From NCBI RefSeq assembly GCF_006345805.1, contig NC_043004.1, positions 17,670,001 to 17,734,000 of the forward strand: 64,000 nt of DNA. The letters run 5' to 3'. This stretch comes from Octopus sinensis. Its lineage: Eukaryota. The translations under genes and the position numbers were made by a program. Under the pieces are notes generated by a model. It had not been told where the DNA came from and did not search any database. It worked only from the letters and a program-made list of their open reading frames with translations. Shown here in pieces: positions 39,098-53,278 of the stretch. Position 1 is the first letter of the stretch. Each line of letters begins with the position of its first letter.

Positions 39098-39102
<5 letters not shown>
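38360..39102. mobile_element. ~670-bp segment flanked by a perfect 36-bp direct repeat (long TSD or PLE-like terminal repeat)
   Basis: TCACGTTCTTTATGTATAAAACATTTATCCTTATAT at 38360-38395 and 39067-39102; its 3' part is similar to inverted copies at ~26880-27005 and ~45540-45700. Confidence 0.6.
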
Positions 39103-39164
<62 letters not shown>

Positions 39165-40089
39165 TGTGTGTGTGTGTGTGTGTGTTAGGGGAAAATTAAT
39201 ATTCTTTCTTATCAATACAGTATATACAGACCAAATTGCACCACGCCTACATTTCAAAACAATCTTATCAAAACAAGCCAACGAAAGATCCACCTCATGG
39301 TTGCTGAACTAACTAGAAAAAGCAGCTAAAGCCTCCTCAGATCTCACTTTGCTATCTTAAAAAAAAGTATCTTGTGGTTAATATAACCCTACGTAACCCC
39401 TGAGGGCCCATATGGCCCTTGAAAGTCCATATGGCCCCCGAGGGTCCATATAAGATTTAGTGGCGGTGGGGGTCCATGCAAGAAAATAGTAAATTAGGGA
39501 GCCACAATATTATTTTAAGGGCTCCTGAAAAAATGTTGCTTAGATGTATGCATTGGTATGTATTGGTATGTATTGATGTATTGCAAGAAACAGCTGGGTT
39601 TCTTTTTCTAACATTTTACACAGTTCAAGCTACACAAGTTCATGGGTGAAACACAAAATAGGAATTTTGAATGAAGTATCTATAAAACTAGATTTTAGAC
39701 ATCAAATAGAGGTAAGATCCACTAGAACAAAATTATATGCAAAATGTTCCAATGATAGAAAATGGTCGACAACTTCTGCTCTAAGGAATTCTTTAATCTA
39801 GAACAATCTGCTGATATGATAAGTGTCAATAATACAAGAAGCAATTATTAATATTCAACACGTTTAAGTTTTAATGCATTTACCACAACAGAAAATGTTT
39901 TTAATAATAGCTTTAAATTATGGCCGAGGACCTGTAAATTTAGATGAGGTAAGTCGATTACATCGACCCTAGTGCACGACTGATATAAAACCAGAAGAAA
40001 TGCCGCTAAGTATTTTGTCCGTTGCGTTAATGTTCCTGCCAGCTCTCCATTTTATGATAATCATTTTTAGTTTTTGGCACAAGGTCAAC

Positions 40090-40665
40090 AATCTTGAAGG
40101 GGCGAGAAAATCGTTTACGTCGGCCCCAGTGTTCGACTGGCGCTTATTTTAACTACCATGAAAGGTTCAAAGACAAAGCTGACCTCGATGGAATTTGAAC
40201 TCAGAACGTAAGGCCGGAAAAACTGCCGCTAACCTTTCCGTTCGACATGCTCACCATTCTGCCAACTTGCAATTTAGAGTGCGGCACAAGGCACAAGGCC
40301 TGAAATTTTTGGGAGGTGAGGCAGTTGATAAGATCGACCCCAGTACGCAACTGGTACTTAATTTATCGACCCCGAAAGGATGAAAGGCAAAGTCGACCTC
40401 GGCGGAATTTGAACTCAGAACGTAAAGACAGACGAAATACCTATTTCTTTACTACCCATAAGGGGTTAAACACAAAGAGAACAAACAAGGATAGACAAAC
40501 GGATTAAGTCGATTACATCGACACCAGTGCGTCACTGGTACTTAATTTATCGACCCCAAAAGGATGAAAGGCAAAGTCGACCTCGGCGGAATTTGAACTC
40601 AGAACATAGCGGCAGACGAAATACTGCTAAGCATTTCTCCCGGCGTGCTAACGTTTCTGCCAACT
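40090..40665 (-). mobile_element. Tandem cluster of three partial family B SINE units
   Basis: GAATTTGAACTCAGAAC recurs at ~40192, ~40386 and ~40589; the 40325-40440 and 40520-40630 units are nearly identical. Confidence 0.8.
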
Positions 40666-41327
40666 TGCAGTGTAGGGTGTAGATACATACTATTATATCG
40701 ATTGAAGTACACGTTTGATTATTATTTTATCAAACATGAAAAGTAAAGTAAATTTCCTTCCATATTTAAACAGAGAACACAAGGAATTGAAACTGGTGAG
40801 GTTACATTAGTTTGTTCAATTTTTTAAAAAACTATTGTTGTTCCTAACCCAGAAGACCTGCGACGAAAAATATTTCCGTCTTAATCATCCCGTCCCTTTT
40901 TTTATCCAGACATAATTTAACTAGGGCTAAATTATCGTACTTTAAATAGGTAGTGTGTAACATGAGGGAGATTTTACTGCTGTTCCCTGTAGCCGTCAAA
41001 TAACGGCCACAGAGAAGTTCAGAATGATAACGCAGCAGAAAAGGATTAGAAACTGCGATCTTGTTTGGCCTAGTGGTTAGGGTGTTGCACTGATGATTGC
41101 AAGGTCGTAGTTTCTAATTACAGGCCGGGCAGTGAATTGCGTTCTTGAGCAAAATACTTCATTTCACGTTGCACCAGTTTACTCAGCTGTAAAAGAGTAA
41201 CCTTGTGATGGAATGGGGTCACTTTCAAATAGAATTATGTGATCTCGGTCACTGTTACGCCATGGAAACCGCGTACTTATGATTCTGAGAACTCGAGGCA
41301 GAATTGTCCTGGTGTTGTAGTTGATGT

Positions 41328-41365
<38 letters not shown>

Positions 41366-43269
41366 TCGCATTGAAACCTCCTGATCGAGATCACAACGGC
41401 CCTTCTGAACGGGATTTCAGTTCGTCACAGGGTTACTCATTTGACAGTGAGCAGACTTGATCAACGTGAAATGATGTGTTTTGTTCAAGAACTCAATGTG
41501 CTAAACGGTCTGCAAATTGGAACTACAACCCTGCAAACGTGTGCAACATCCTAACCATTAGGCCCCGCACCTTCACCATTCTCCGAAACCCTGAAGCAAA
41601 TATGAAACGCTAATGGTGGAAGTCTTTAATTGAAACCTGTTTATATATTCTCGCTTTTAATATAATATAATAGCACTAGCTTGGCTCCACTATTTCCGTA
41701 ACAAATGCATATATCCTGGAGATGTGTTCTTAAAATTATTTTTAAAAGTTGCCATCATCAACGTTTTATTATCTTTTCAATTAGTGACAATTTTAATTAT
41801 AAGTTTTTCGTTTAATTTAAACCTTATAGATAAAAGATGTTTTAATGTTGTTGCTTTGCTTCTTAATATTATTACTGAAAATCATGATTAAAGTTATACA
41901 TTGTTAAAAGGATGGCTGACAGAAGCAGTAGAGTGCTATATCAATAATTTAAGTCCCACTGGAGACGACGACTACTATATTTCTCCTCCTTCTCAGATCG
42001 ATAAAAGTGTCAATCGAATGCAGTGTTCGATATTATTAATTGATACTTAGTCACAAACTTCTAACTTCAGAAGAATTGTTGGAGCGTCAAAGACAAAAAT
42101 GCTTTGGCCCTTTATATTCTGAGTTCAAATCAAACCGACGCCAACTTTAACTTTCATCTGTCGATAAAATATACTACCAACCTAGTACCAGTTCGATGTT
42201 ATCGACTATTATTATTATTGAGTGAGAGAGCAGTGCATGCCATCAAAGTGATACTGGGGTAAAAAATACAAAGCACTATATATAGGAGTGTGTGTGTGTG
42301 TGTGTGTCTAACAAAATATATCTTTCGTCTACCAAATTCACTCACAAGGCATGTGTCGGCCTAGTAGAAGACATCTGCCAAAGGAGACGTACGGCATATC
42401 AAGTGTATAAGCGTTATAAGTAAATTGATATTTCTTCAACGTCAAACTTTAGTCGTTGTCTTGCGGCAGATAGGCTATTTTCTTTTAACGAATTTTTGAA
42501 GTATCGATTGACTATAAAAGTAGAATTTCAAATAGATAACAAAATTTATATTGCCAAGAATACTCCTTATAGAAGAGAGAGAGATAAAATAAATTCTAGC
42601 TGGGAGGTAAGTACTTTTTATTACTTCAACCGAATTTTAAATAACAGTAATATCAATATTCATTATTATCTGATGGTTTCGCTGTATTATAACGTGACAA
42701 TGATCGCATACCTTTTCGTGCGTGTTCAATGAACGAAATTTTATTCTATTCCTTAATGGCTGACTTTCATTTTCTGTCATTTTAGCAATTTACATAAAGT
42801 AATCCAAATATATTGCTTCTGACCTTTTGTATAAAATTTCAACTAAAAATATAACAAACTTTGGAAATTCATAATTTTCTTTCTCTGTCATATGTTAAAA
42901 CAATATGTTATAGACGGTTACAGAATTTGACAAAATTTAATTCGCATTTCAAATTGATGTAAAAAGTCTACTTTTTGGTATCATATTCAAAGTGTTTAGT
43001 GTTATGTAGATTCTTCATGTTAAATTGCTGATGTCAATTCCTTTTATTTTTCTGATGCTGAGTTTAGCATTTTTGTTATAGATGACTTCGAATATAACAG
43101 AAGACAGAAAATAGTTTATGCATGTATGAATGTATGTATGTATCTATGCTTGTATGCTTGTATGCTTGCATGCATGTATGTATGTATATAAATATATATA
43201 CGTGTATGTATGTGTGTATATATATTTTATATAATACATATACATACACACGTAGAGAACTTAAGGAAG

Positions 43270-43321
<52 letters not shown>

Positions 43322-43348
43322 TATATATATTATATATATATATATATC

Positions 43349-43502
43349 TTTAAAGTTAGCACGAAGCATTAGGATGCTGTAAGCGTAAACCTGCTTAGAA
43401 ATAAGAGGTAAAGTCTCAATTCAACTACTGAACTGAGACTTTAGCTCTTATTTCTAAACAGGCTGATGCATACAACATCCTAACGCTTCGTGCCAATTTA
43501 AA
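43349..43502. repeat. ~154-bp foldback hairpin (MITE-like)
   Basis: TTTAAAGTTAGCACGAAGCATTAGGATG...GTCTCAATTCA-actac-TGAACTGAGAC...CATCCTAACGCTTCGTGCCAATTTAAA; arms about 85 percent identical by eye. Confidence 0.9.
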
Positions 43503-43639
43503 TATTTTATAGCTATATAATGCTATTAAGCCTTTGAATCGCCTATGTTACTGCTAATAATATCAATTAAAATATTCACCATAGATATTATTAACAATAG
43601 TAACGACTTATTTCGAATATAAACAATCGAATGTTTTTG

Positions 43640-43692
<53 letters not shown>

Positions 43693-44137
43693 CATTATTA
43701 TATCTGAGGCTATTACTATAAGTAACGCCTCATGCTGTAATGGAGCTCTAAAGTCAAACTACTTCAAGAAATATACACAGGGACCGAAATCGTGGGAATG
43801 AACACAGAATTTCCTTTAAAAAAGATTTAGTCGTATATCATTAATGATTTCAAGGTCAGAATGTACAACATGCTCTCCAATCATCGGTACAATAAAAGCA
43901 GAAAATATAAATATAAACATCTCTACATAGCAAGCGAACAACAACGCATCCAGCAGAGCATGTAAAAATTTTCACACTTATATATCCATGAAACGAGGCT
44001 TCTCATGTTCATCTCGGCTGCACGCGTATAATCAGAACAATTCAGCACTGAATATATTCCGGTTAAATTTTTAAATATAAGGATAAAACCTATATATGAT
44101 TTATCAAATAGCCAGCGTGGAAAACCAATTACTTTTT

Positions 44138-44335
44138 ACTTGTTTCAATCATGTGTCTGTGGCCATGCTGGAGCACCGTCTGTAGTCGAGCAAATCGACC
44201 CCAGAACTTATTCTTTGTAAGCCTAGTACTTAAGCTATCGATTCCTTTTTGCCGAACCACTAAGATACAGGGACGTAAAAACACCAGCATCGGTTGTCAA
44301 GCGATATTGGGGGGACAAACACAGACACACAAATA

Positions 44336-44395
<60 letters not shown>

Positions 44396-44401
44396 GCACA
44401 A

Positions 44402-44477
<76 letters not shown>

Positions 44478-44615
44478 CATTTATACGAGGGGCTTCCTTC
44501 AGTTTCCGTCTACCAAATCCACTCACAAGGGTTTGGTCGACCCGAGGCTATAGTAGAAGACACTTGCCTAAGGTGCCACGCAGTGGGGCTGAATCCGGAA
44601 TCATGTGGTCCGTAA
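44138..44615 (-). mobile_element. SINE family A with expanded internal microsatellite
   Basis: Reverse-complement match; internal (CA)n(TA)n about 150 bp. Confidence 0.88.
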
Positions 44616-44661
44616 GCCAGCTAATTTCCCCCCTTAAATGTAAATATATTATTATATCAAC

Positions 44662-44795
44662 GGCTATTACTATAAGTAACGCCTCACGCTGTGATAGGAC
44701 TCTTTGTTCATTCCCTCGATTTCGGTGCCTGTGTATTGGTGTAGTTTGACTTTAGAGTCCCATTACCGTGTCAGACGTTACTTATAATAATAGCC
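44662..44795. mobile_element. ~135-bp MITE; truncated opposite-orientation copy at ~43707-43810
   Basis: TIR GGCTATTA(C/T)TATAAGTAACG at both ends; internal GTTCATTCCCTCGATTTCGGTGCCTGTGTAT appears inverted and slightly diverged at ~43775-43805. Confidence 0.8.
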
Positions 44796-44912
44796 CAAGA
44801 TACAACAATGTATTTCATATTTAAGGAAATAAATTATATACTTTGTGTTCATTTTTTCCTCAATTGGTTTTCCACGCTGGCCACTCGATAAATCTTATAT
44901 AGATTTTATCCT

Positions 44913-44970
<58 letters not shown>

Positions 44971-45158
44971 TATTATATATATATATATTATATATATATA
45001 ATATATATATGTATATATGTATATATATATATATATGTATATATGAATGTATGTATGTATGTATGTGTATGTATATATATACATATTATATATATATATG
45101 TCTGTGTGTGTATATATGTATGTATGTGTATGTCTGTATATATATATGTATGTGTATG

Positions 45159-45199
<41 letters not shown>

Positions 45200-45453
45200 C
45201 TGTGTCTGTGTTTGTCTTCCTCCCCTGCCATCACCTGACAACTAATGCAGGTGTATTTATGCCCCCGTAACTAAAGGGTTCGGAAAAAGAACCGGATAGA
45301 ATATGCAATAAGCTTACAAAGAATAAGTCCTGTGGTCTATTTTGAATAAAACCCTTAAAGGCGATGTTCCAGCATGGCCGCAATCAAATGTCTGAAACAA
45401 GTAAAAGAATAAAAAGAATATATATACATATATATGTACATGTACGTACGTAC

Positions 45454-45484
<31 letters not shown>

Positions 45485-45920
45485 TGTATGTATGTATGTA
45501 TGTATGTATGTATGTATGTATGTATGTATGTATATAAAAAATACAAAAATGGGACAAGAACGCAAAACATCCAGACAGGTGAAACAAAGAAAGGAAAACA
45601 AAATATCCAGACAGACGATACAAGGAAAACAAGGACGGATCATTTGGAGTTTTCCATCTTCAGTCGAGTTCCAGATTATCTTTGCAATTTCGGCTGGCTA
45701 TGTATGTATGTATGTATGTATGTAAACTGTAAATTATGTATGTATGTATGTATGTATGTATGTATGTATGTATGTATGTATGTATGTATGTATGTGTGTA
45801 TATTAATAAAGAAGGTAGTCAGAATTAATTTTTGAGCGCTTTCATCCCCATCAGGCATTGGTCATTAATCGTAGGATGTTGAAAATTTTGTGTGTGTTTG
45901 TGTGTAAGAGAAAGCACCTC

Positions 45921-45975
<55 letters not shown>

Positions 45976-47367
45976 TTTCTTCCTTTAACCAAGTTTCCAA
46001 AAATCTCATGGTGTGTTTAAAAATATATATATTACTTATTTTAGTCATTAGACTGCAACCTTACTTCTTTATCCTGGTATTTATTGAGGTTGTCAATGGA
46101 CTTCCGTACCATTTCTGTTTGCCATATTCCATTACAGCAGGCATTGATCAACGCGAAGCTAAATCAGTATACATTTTCCTCAAAAGCCAGCCAATCAAAT
46201 CGAACACGGAACTCCGTGGTCGCGAGGGCTAATTTCTTAACCACTCAGTTTCGCAAAATGAAACTCGTCGCATAGACATACGAAGCAGGATACCGTATAA
46301 TGTTTAATCGAGTACTTTTACATTTTAAACACTCTACCAGTTTTTTTTCTCTAATTGTACAATACATTTGATAATACAAAATATTCGTGAAATATTTCAG
46401 ATATAAGTACAATAGAGAAAAGAAAAACTGAAGAGAAATTGATAAAAAAAATGTAACTTATTTACGTTTTATATAATCCACTTTGTTCTTATTTAAAAAC
46501 ATGTGTAAAACAACATGTACAGAGATTTGTAGCATAGTAAGTGACAGCATTTTTATTCTTGGTTCATCCCTGGAAGCATTGTTACTGTTTAAAATGTAGA
46601 AAATATGAGAAATTTCATTGTATGTTGTTCTATCGTTATTATTTTTTTTTCGAATCCATGAGTGAAAACATATGCAAGGTTATAGAGCTGTATAGAAACA
46701 TCCATACACATGCAACTACACAATGACGTATTCATACTCACATTCAAGCAAATATACAAATACACACACAAATACGTACACAAACATACATATACACATT
46801 CAAACATACAGAAAAATATGTACACACAAACACGTTGTCATAGACTCGTATATATCCAACTTATGCGAGAATGCATATATATATATATATATATATATGA
46901 ATGTGTATATACATGAATATAATAATAAAGACAGAGCTGTACGTACACATGTACACATATACTTGAATTTTTTAAGCAGTAATTTGAGAATGAAAATTAT
47001 TCAGGTTTCTTCTACCTTGATTCTCACCGGGAATATCAACTAAAAGAAGTATCGACATAAGTTTGTATGCTTGTTGTCAGCAGACGAAATTCATCCATCT
47101 AAATGCTTGACAAATTAATCGTGAAACAAATGCGAATTTTGTGGAGATTTAAAACTGCACATTTTTGCTGCTAAAACATTTGCATATTTTGATTTCAAGA
47201 CAATAACAATGCAACTTGATTTTCCGTAATGCTTCTGCACGACTATTGGTATGTGCGGGGTTCAAATCGCCTTATTATCGACAAGATATGAGGCAGCGGG
47301 CTGGTAGAATCGTTTACATGCAGGACAAAATTCCACCGAGGCCGATTTTGCCTTTTATCTTTTCCTA

Positions 47368-49246
47368 GGTTACCACTTTGCACAGCGTGTTTTTTTTTTG
47401 TTCTTAGCAGTTGTTTTTTTGTTTTGTTTTTTTTTGGCTTTTGACGAAATTTGACTTGTTGAAAGTTATGAGAATTTATATCCAAACTTCTCTGTTCATA
47501 TGGGAAGTGCAGTCATTCAATGACACATTCGTTACACGATTCACTTACCGATGTTGTAATCTTGTAAGGATAAACTGCGTAATTCAACAAAGATACGACA
47601 GTGATTCGCGAGTTTCGTCAGAAGTAATTTTTTCAAATTCTTTCAACTGTGGTCTGATAAACGGTAAATAATGTTCATTTGTTGTATTTGAGTAAATAGC
47701 ATATAATTCCATCACATAATTCTTCTTGTAACGAGATGCCATTTAAAGATGCAATTTTAATACACTCCACTGCATTTCATTCTCGCTAGGCTTCTTGTGG
47801 AGTGAAAGAGTGAATAATTTTCAATGGTTTCCCACCATTATTAATTAATTTGCATATGTCCATGTACGATTCCTTTCGCAACACTGTTCAGTGAAACCAG
47901 CTTAAAATAAGTCGATAAAATATGTACCACTTGAGCACTAGAGTCGATACAATCTACTTCCCCTCTCCCCGAATTTCAGGCTTCGGAAGAAGAGTTATTG
48001 ACAAAAGAGAATGCTTAATACTTTCTTTACTCTTTTACTTGTTTCAGTCATTTGACTGCGGCCATGCTGGAGCACCGCCTTTAGTCGAGCAAATCGACCC
48101 CAGGACTTATTCTTTGTAAGCCTAGTACTTATTCTATCGGTCTCTTTTGCCGAACTGCTAAGTTACCGGGACGTAAACACACCAGCATCGGTTGTCAAGC
48201 GAAGGTGGGGGGGACAAACACAGACACACAAACACAGAGACACACATATATATACATATACGTATATACGACGGGCTCCTTTCAGTTTCCGTCTACCAAA
48301 TCCACTCACAAGGCTTTGGTCGGCCCGAGGTTGTAGTAGAAGACACTTGCCCAAGGTGCCACGTAGAGGGACTGAACCCAGAATGATGTAGCTCGCAAGC
48401 AAGCTACTTACCACACAGCCACTCCTACAGTTTTATATATTTTTTAATCCTATAAGTTTAGATACACACACACACACACATATGTATGTACAGAAAGAGT
48501 AAGAGAGAGAGAGAGCAAAACATTGGAGGGGAGATTTGCTGCTGCGATTGACCGAGCGTCAAACCTCTGTGGGTGTCATCAATAATCTTCTATATACATT
48601 AATGAAATTAAATAATCTAACCTTGATACTCATAAAAATATATTTGCCACCCTCTCCAATTATGCTCCCATGGTTCTAAAGAATTACCATCTTACACAGA
48701 TTTGTTGTTTAAACTGGTTACACTGAACAGTGTTGCGAAAGGAATCATACATGGACATATGTAAATTAATTAATAATGGCGAGGGATCATTGAAAATTAT
48801 TCCTTCTTTCACTCCACAAGAAGCCTAGCGAGAAGGAAATGCAGATAAAGAATTGTTTGCCAGTGGAATGTATTAAAACTGCATCTTTAAATGGCATCTC
48901 GTTACGACATGAATTATATGATGGAATTATATGCTATTTACTCAAATACAACAAAAGAACATTATTTACCGTTTATCAGACCACAGTTGAAAGAATTTGA
49001 AAAAATTACTTCTGACGAAACTCGCGGATCACTGTCGTATCTTTGTTGAATTACGCAGTCTATGCTTATAAGATTACAACTTCGGTAAGTGAATCGTGTA
49101 ACGAATGTGTCATTGAATGACTGCACTTCCCATATGAACAGAGAAGTTTGGATATAAATTCTCATATCTTTCAACAAGTCAAATTCCTGCAAAAGAAAAA
49201 AAAAACAAGTTCTAAGAACAAAGAAACGCTGTGCAAAGCAGTGACC
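47368..49246. repeat. Long inverted duplication, arms ~47368-47907 and ~48708-49246 (~540 bp), with SINEs in the spacer
   Basis: Arms are reverse complements at roughly 90 percent identity; the ORF track shows near-identical peptides at 47411+ and 48962-. Confidence 0.93.
48022..48428 (-). mobile_element. SINE family A, full length
   Basis: Reverse-complement match from tRNA-like head to AGTAAAAGAGTAAAG tail. Confidence 0.9.
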
Positions 49247-49483
49247 TTGCTTTCATTTTCCTTTTTCTTTTAAGCATTCTTAAAGCATGTATCGAGAAAT
49301 ACTGAAAACCTTTCAGTTTCTTTTTTTAATTTACTTTCAAAAGTTTAATACTCACCCCTGTTTACAGCTCTTCCTTTTTGCTTTTCGCTGATCAAGCTGT
49401 CAGTCGAGAAACTAAGAAGCCGAGGTGGAAGCTCGTAATATTCGACAGAAAATGTATATTTTCTGATGAAATACTATTTTCAA

Positions 49484-49895
49484 GAGTAGCCGTGTGGTAA
49501 AAAGCTTGCTTCCCAACCACATGGTTCCGGGTTCATCCCCCTGTGTAGCACCTTGGGCAAGTCTCTTCTACTATATCCTCGGGCCGACCCAAGTCTTGTT
49601 AGTGGATATGGTAGAGGGAAACGGAAAGAAGCCCGTCGTATATAAATATATACACGTCTATGTGTGTGTCTGTCTGTCTCTCCCCCACCATCACCACTTG
49701 ACAATCGGATATTGGTGTGTTTACGTCCCCGTAACTTAGCGGTTCGGCATAAGGAACCGATAGAATAAGCACCAGGATTAAAAGATAAGTACTGGGGTCG
49801 ATTCATTCGACTAAAATATCAAGGTGGTGCCCCAGCATGGCCTCAGCCTAATGACTGAAACACGTAAAAGATAAAAGATAAAAGATAAAAGATAT
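49484..49895 (+). mobile_element. SINE family A, full length, diverged
   Basis: Head GTAGCCGTGTGGTAAAAAGCTTGC, GGTTCATCCC, tail CCCAGCATGGCCTCAGCCTAATGACTGAAAC plus (AAAAGAT)n. Confidence 0.85.
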
Positions 49896-50337
49896 CGGGT
49901 GCATCTGGTTTGCCAGCTTCATCAAAATAGGTTACCGACTGTTTACGGGCTGCAACTAAGTAAAGCTACTGTTTCCCCGAATAGCCCCTCTTTGTTTCCT
50001 ATTTGTGGATATATTCTCAGACTACATCACATATACACAACTATACTTTATATATTTATATACCTATTAGTGTACTTGAAATTTGATTTGTGAAAATTAC
50101 CTATGTTAACATTTTTCTTTGTATGTGTATGTACCTGCAGATATCCGCCATTTTATCTATCTATCCAGACATATGATGAATACGCATAGGGACAAGACTA
50201 AAGAATATACTTGGTCACTGCTTCAAAGAAGGCAATATATCTACTTAACATTGTTAAATGATCTAGAGATAATTCTTATATTGATAAGGGAATTTTGATA
50301 ACTATTTTGAGTAAATATATTTTTCTCTCTTTCTCCC

Positions 50338-50400
<63 letters not shown>

Positions 50401-51017
50401 TGTTGTTATACATACATACATACAAGCATATGTAATGATAATAATAAGTGGATGTAAACACATGAACAAAATAAGAATAAACAAAAACAACAAAAACAAC
50501 AAAAACAAAAAACAAAAAACAAAATACAAATTGCATGAACATATATAAACAGAAGATACAAATATTACAGGCATCCCCCACATACACACACTAAATAAAC
50601 ATAGACGCACATAGAGATATAAGAATGCGCAAATGAAGACGTACAATAGAAATACAAAATGGCTGACGGTTAGTAAGGAGAGACACAAGTAAGAAAGAAG
50701 AAAACAAAGGACCACTGATGCGGTCACAGGAGTGTGACGGAAGAACTCTGGGCGAAATAAGATTAAGATTAATGTAATAAATAAATAACACTGAAGCAAA
50801 ATAACACCAAATATATAGTGCGTGTGTTTTTATTGGCTAAACTGTCAATATGACCATTCCGAAATATAACAATATCTGTTTCAACACACGACTTCTCATA
50901 AAAAATCTTGCACAACAAATATATATGCATATATATACATATATATATATACATATACAATATGTATATATATACATATATATATATATACATATACAAT
51001 ATGTATATATTATATAT

Positions 51018-51051
<34 letters not shown>

Positions 51052-51360
51052 CATACAATATATATATATATATATATACATATATGCATACATTTACATA
51101 TAGACAAACAAACACACACACATATGTATACATACTTAAATACATACATACATACATACACACATTCATATATCAACGTGAGATATATTATTCATCTTTG
51201 ATAATTGGATGTGATAGCATAATTGGATATGATGGAATATCAAATAATTGGAGATATGTGTGTGTGTGACTGTGTGTGCGTGCGTGTATGTGTGTACGCT
51301 TCTGTATCTGTATGTAAATATGTTTATATATATATATATATAAGCTTAATTATATATATT

Positions 51361-51418
<58 letters not shown>

Positions 51419-51970
51419 TAGACAATCATAGTGACAGTATCTAGTTCAGCGAAATCTAGTTCAATAAGATTACCAGTATTAGAGCAGATGAACTTATGCG
51501 ATTCGAAATTTCAGTTCGTAGTCACATAATTCGATCCTACCATGAAATATTTTTGAGCAAGTGTTTTTATCATAATCTTGAGTCCCCTATATCTCCTAAG
51601 TCAAATAAGGATACAGTGTAAAACTCTGATATACAAACATGCATACACACACACACATACATACACACAAGCACACACACACACACATACATACATACAT
51701 ACATACATACATACATACATAATTTACAGTTCCGTTATTGGTAGGATCAACAAAAAATGCTTCCCTCCAGTGAGAGATAAATATTATTTAATATACAAAA
51801 TTTACAAAAGCGGTACTAATAGTTTCATGCTTCAGAGATACAATAAATTGGCAGAATTGTATAATATGCCATGTATCTCCAAACAATCTTTCAGGCTTAG
51901 TGCAGATCGTTGTGACACACACACACAGTCACACACACGCACACACACACACATACATACATACACACAC

Positions 51971-52025
<55 letters not shown>

Positions 52026-53053
52026 GAGAGGCGCGTACAAAGTCAGGCACGCTCGTACAGACTCACTCAAAGAAAAGTAGATGGCACCGAACAATGTTTC
52101 ACCTCCACCATCACAATGACTATTGCTACTCCTCTAACCACAACCACCAACACCAGCACAACAACAGACAACACCATCTCCACTGCAGACAGAAGAAAAA
52201 AAATGAAGCCACGCAAACCTCGCTAAAAAGTCAAAAATCTTGATAGACCAAGTAAAATACCTTTCCTGAAAATAAGATGAATTTCCCAAGAAAGCTACAG
52301 TACTAACCTTGTAAGAGTTACACACACACACACGCGCGCGCGCACACGCACACAAGTGCAATGCAATAAGAGTTATTTCTAGTGTAATGAGCTGAATGGA
52401 AAACTTCAAAAATTTATTAGATTGGACCCATTGAAGTAAAGCCTTTAATGGAATGGAATTTAGCAATCTCAAATGCACCATACAAAACATATACACGTAT
52501 ACAACTTGAAATCCGGGGCATAACACTGTATTTCAAAATACAATGCGATACATATCGTATCATAAATACATATAAATATGCACATATATGTGCGTATATG
52601 GAAGTGTGAGCACTCGAGCGTGTAAGAGAATGAGGGAGAGAGAGAGAGTGAGTTGTGTTTTGGTAGAGTCACTCTGTCCATCAAACTGCACGAAATGTTT
52701 GAATTTTGCCTCGGTGTTCATTGTTGTATCACGGTTTTTCTCTGGAAATCTTTTTATTTTTCAATGAGGTTGGCGTGACTGCATTTTGATCTCTTTGTCC
52801 AGTTGTTGTTGTTGCTGTTGCCGCGGTGGCTGTTGCGGCCGCGGCAGCGGTAGTGGTGGTTTGGTTAGAAGGGTAGCAGTAGTCATTAGGATGATGGAGA
52901 TGAAGCTAAGTTTGGTGCCATGTCCTTTTTGTCTGAGTGAATGCGTGTGCGCATGCGTTCGTGTGTGTGTACGTCGTAACGATGACATAACGTGCACATA
53001 ATGCTGCACGTCTATGAGTATCTGTTCTCGATTGTGCTTTTTGCTTTTATTTA

Positions 53054-53278
53054 TTGGGTTGTCCGGAAAGTTCGTGCCGATTTTTAAAGGAAAGAAAAAG
53101 GTCAATAACTACTTGCCATAACATTTTTAATCAACCAAATATGAACCATTTTGTTGCACAATGCGTCTCCATCTTTCCTTTAACTTGAAAATACCCTCTT
53201 CCCAGAATTGAGGTGCCTGAGAGGGTAAGTCTAAAGGTAAGATACTATAAATCGGCACGAACTTTCCGGACAACCCAA
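53054..53278 (-). mobile_element. Internally deleted mariner derivative (225 bp)
   Basis: 30-bp TIRs TTGGGTTGTCCGGAAAGTTCGTGCCGATTT; retains the transposase C-terminus PQFWEEGIFKLKERWRRIVQQNGSYLVD* on the minus strand. Confidence 0.92.

Noticed and set aside
39397-39460. Short 19-bp tandem repeat CCATATGGCCC...
   Set aside because: About three adjacent units without unique spacers and no cas genes in a eukaryotic context; not CRISPR, probably subterminal repeats of a DNA transposon relic.
49005-49070. CTGACGA-AAC...GTT-GAAT in both arms of the long inverted repeat; similar partial cores at ~18900, ~58995 and ~62369
   Set aside because: GAAA is missing or altered and no stem I/III can be formed.
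50302-50799. 165-aa membrane-protein-like ORF on the minus strand
   Set aside because: Hydrophobicity comes from A-rich and microsatellite sequence on the plus strand; no splice or homology support is visible.
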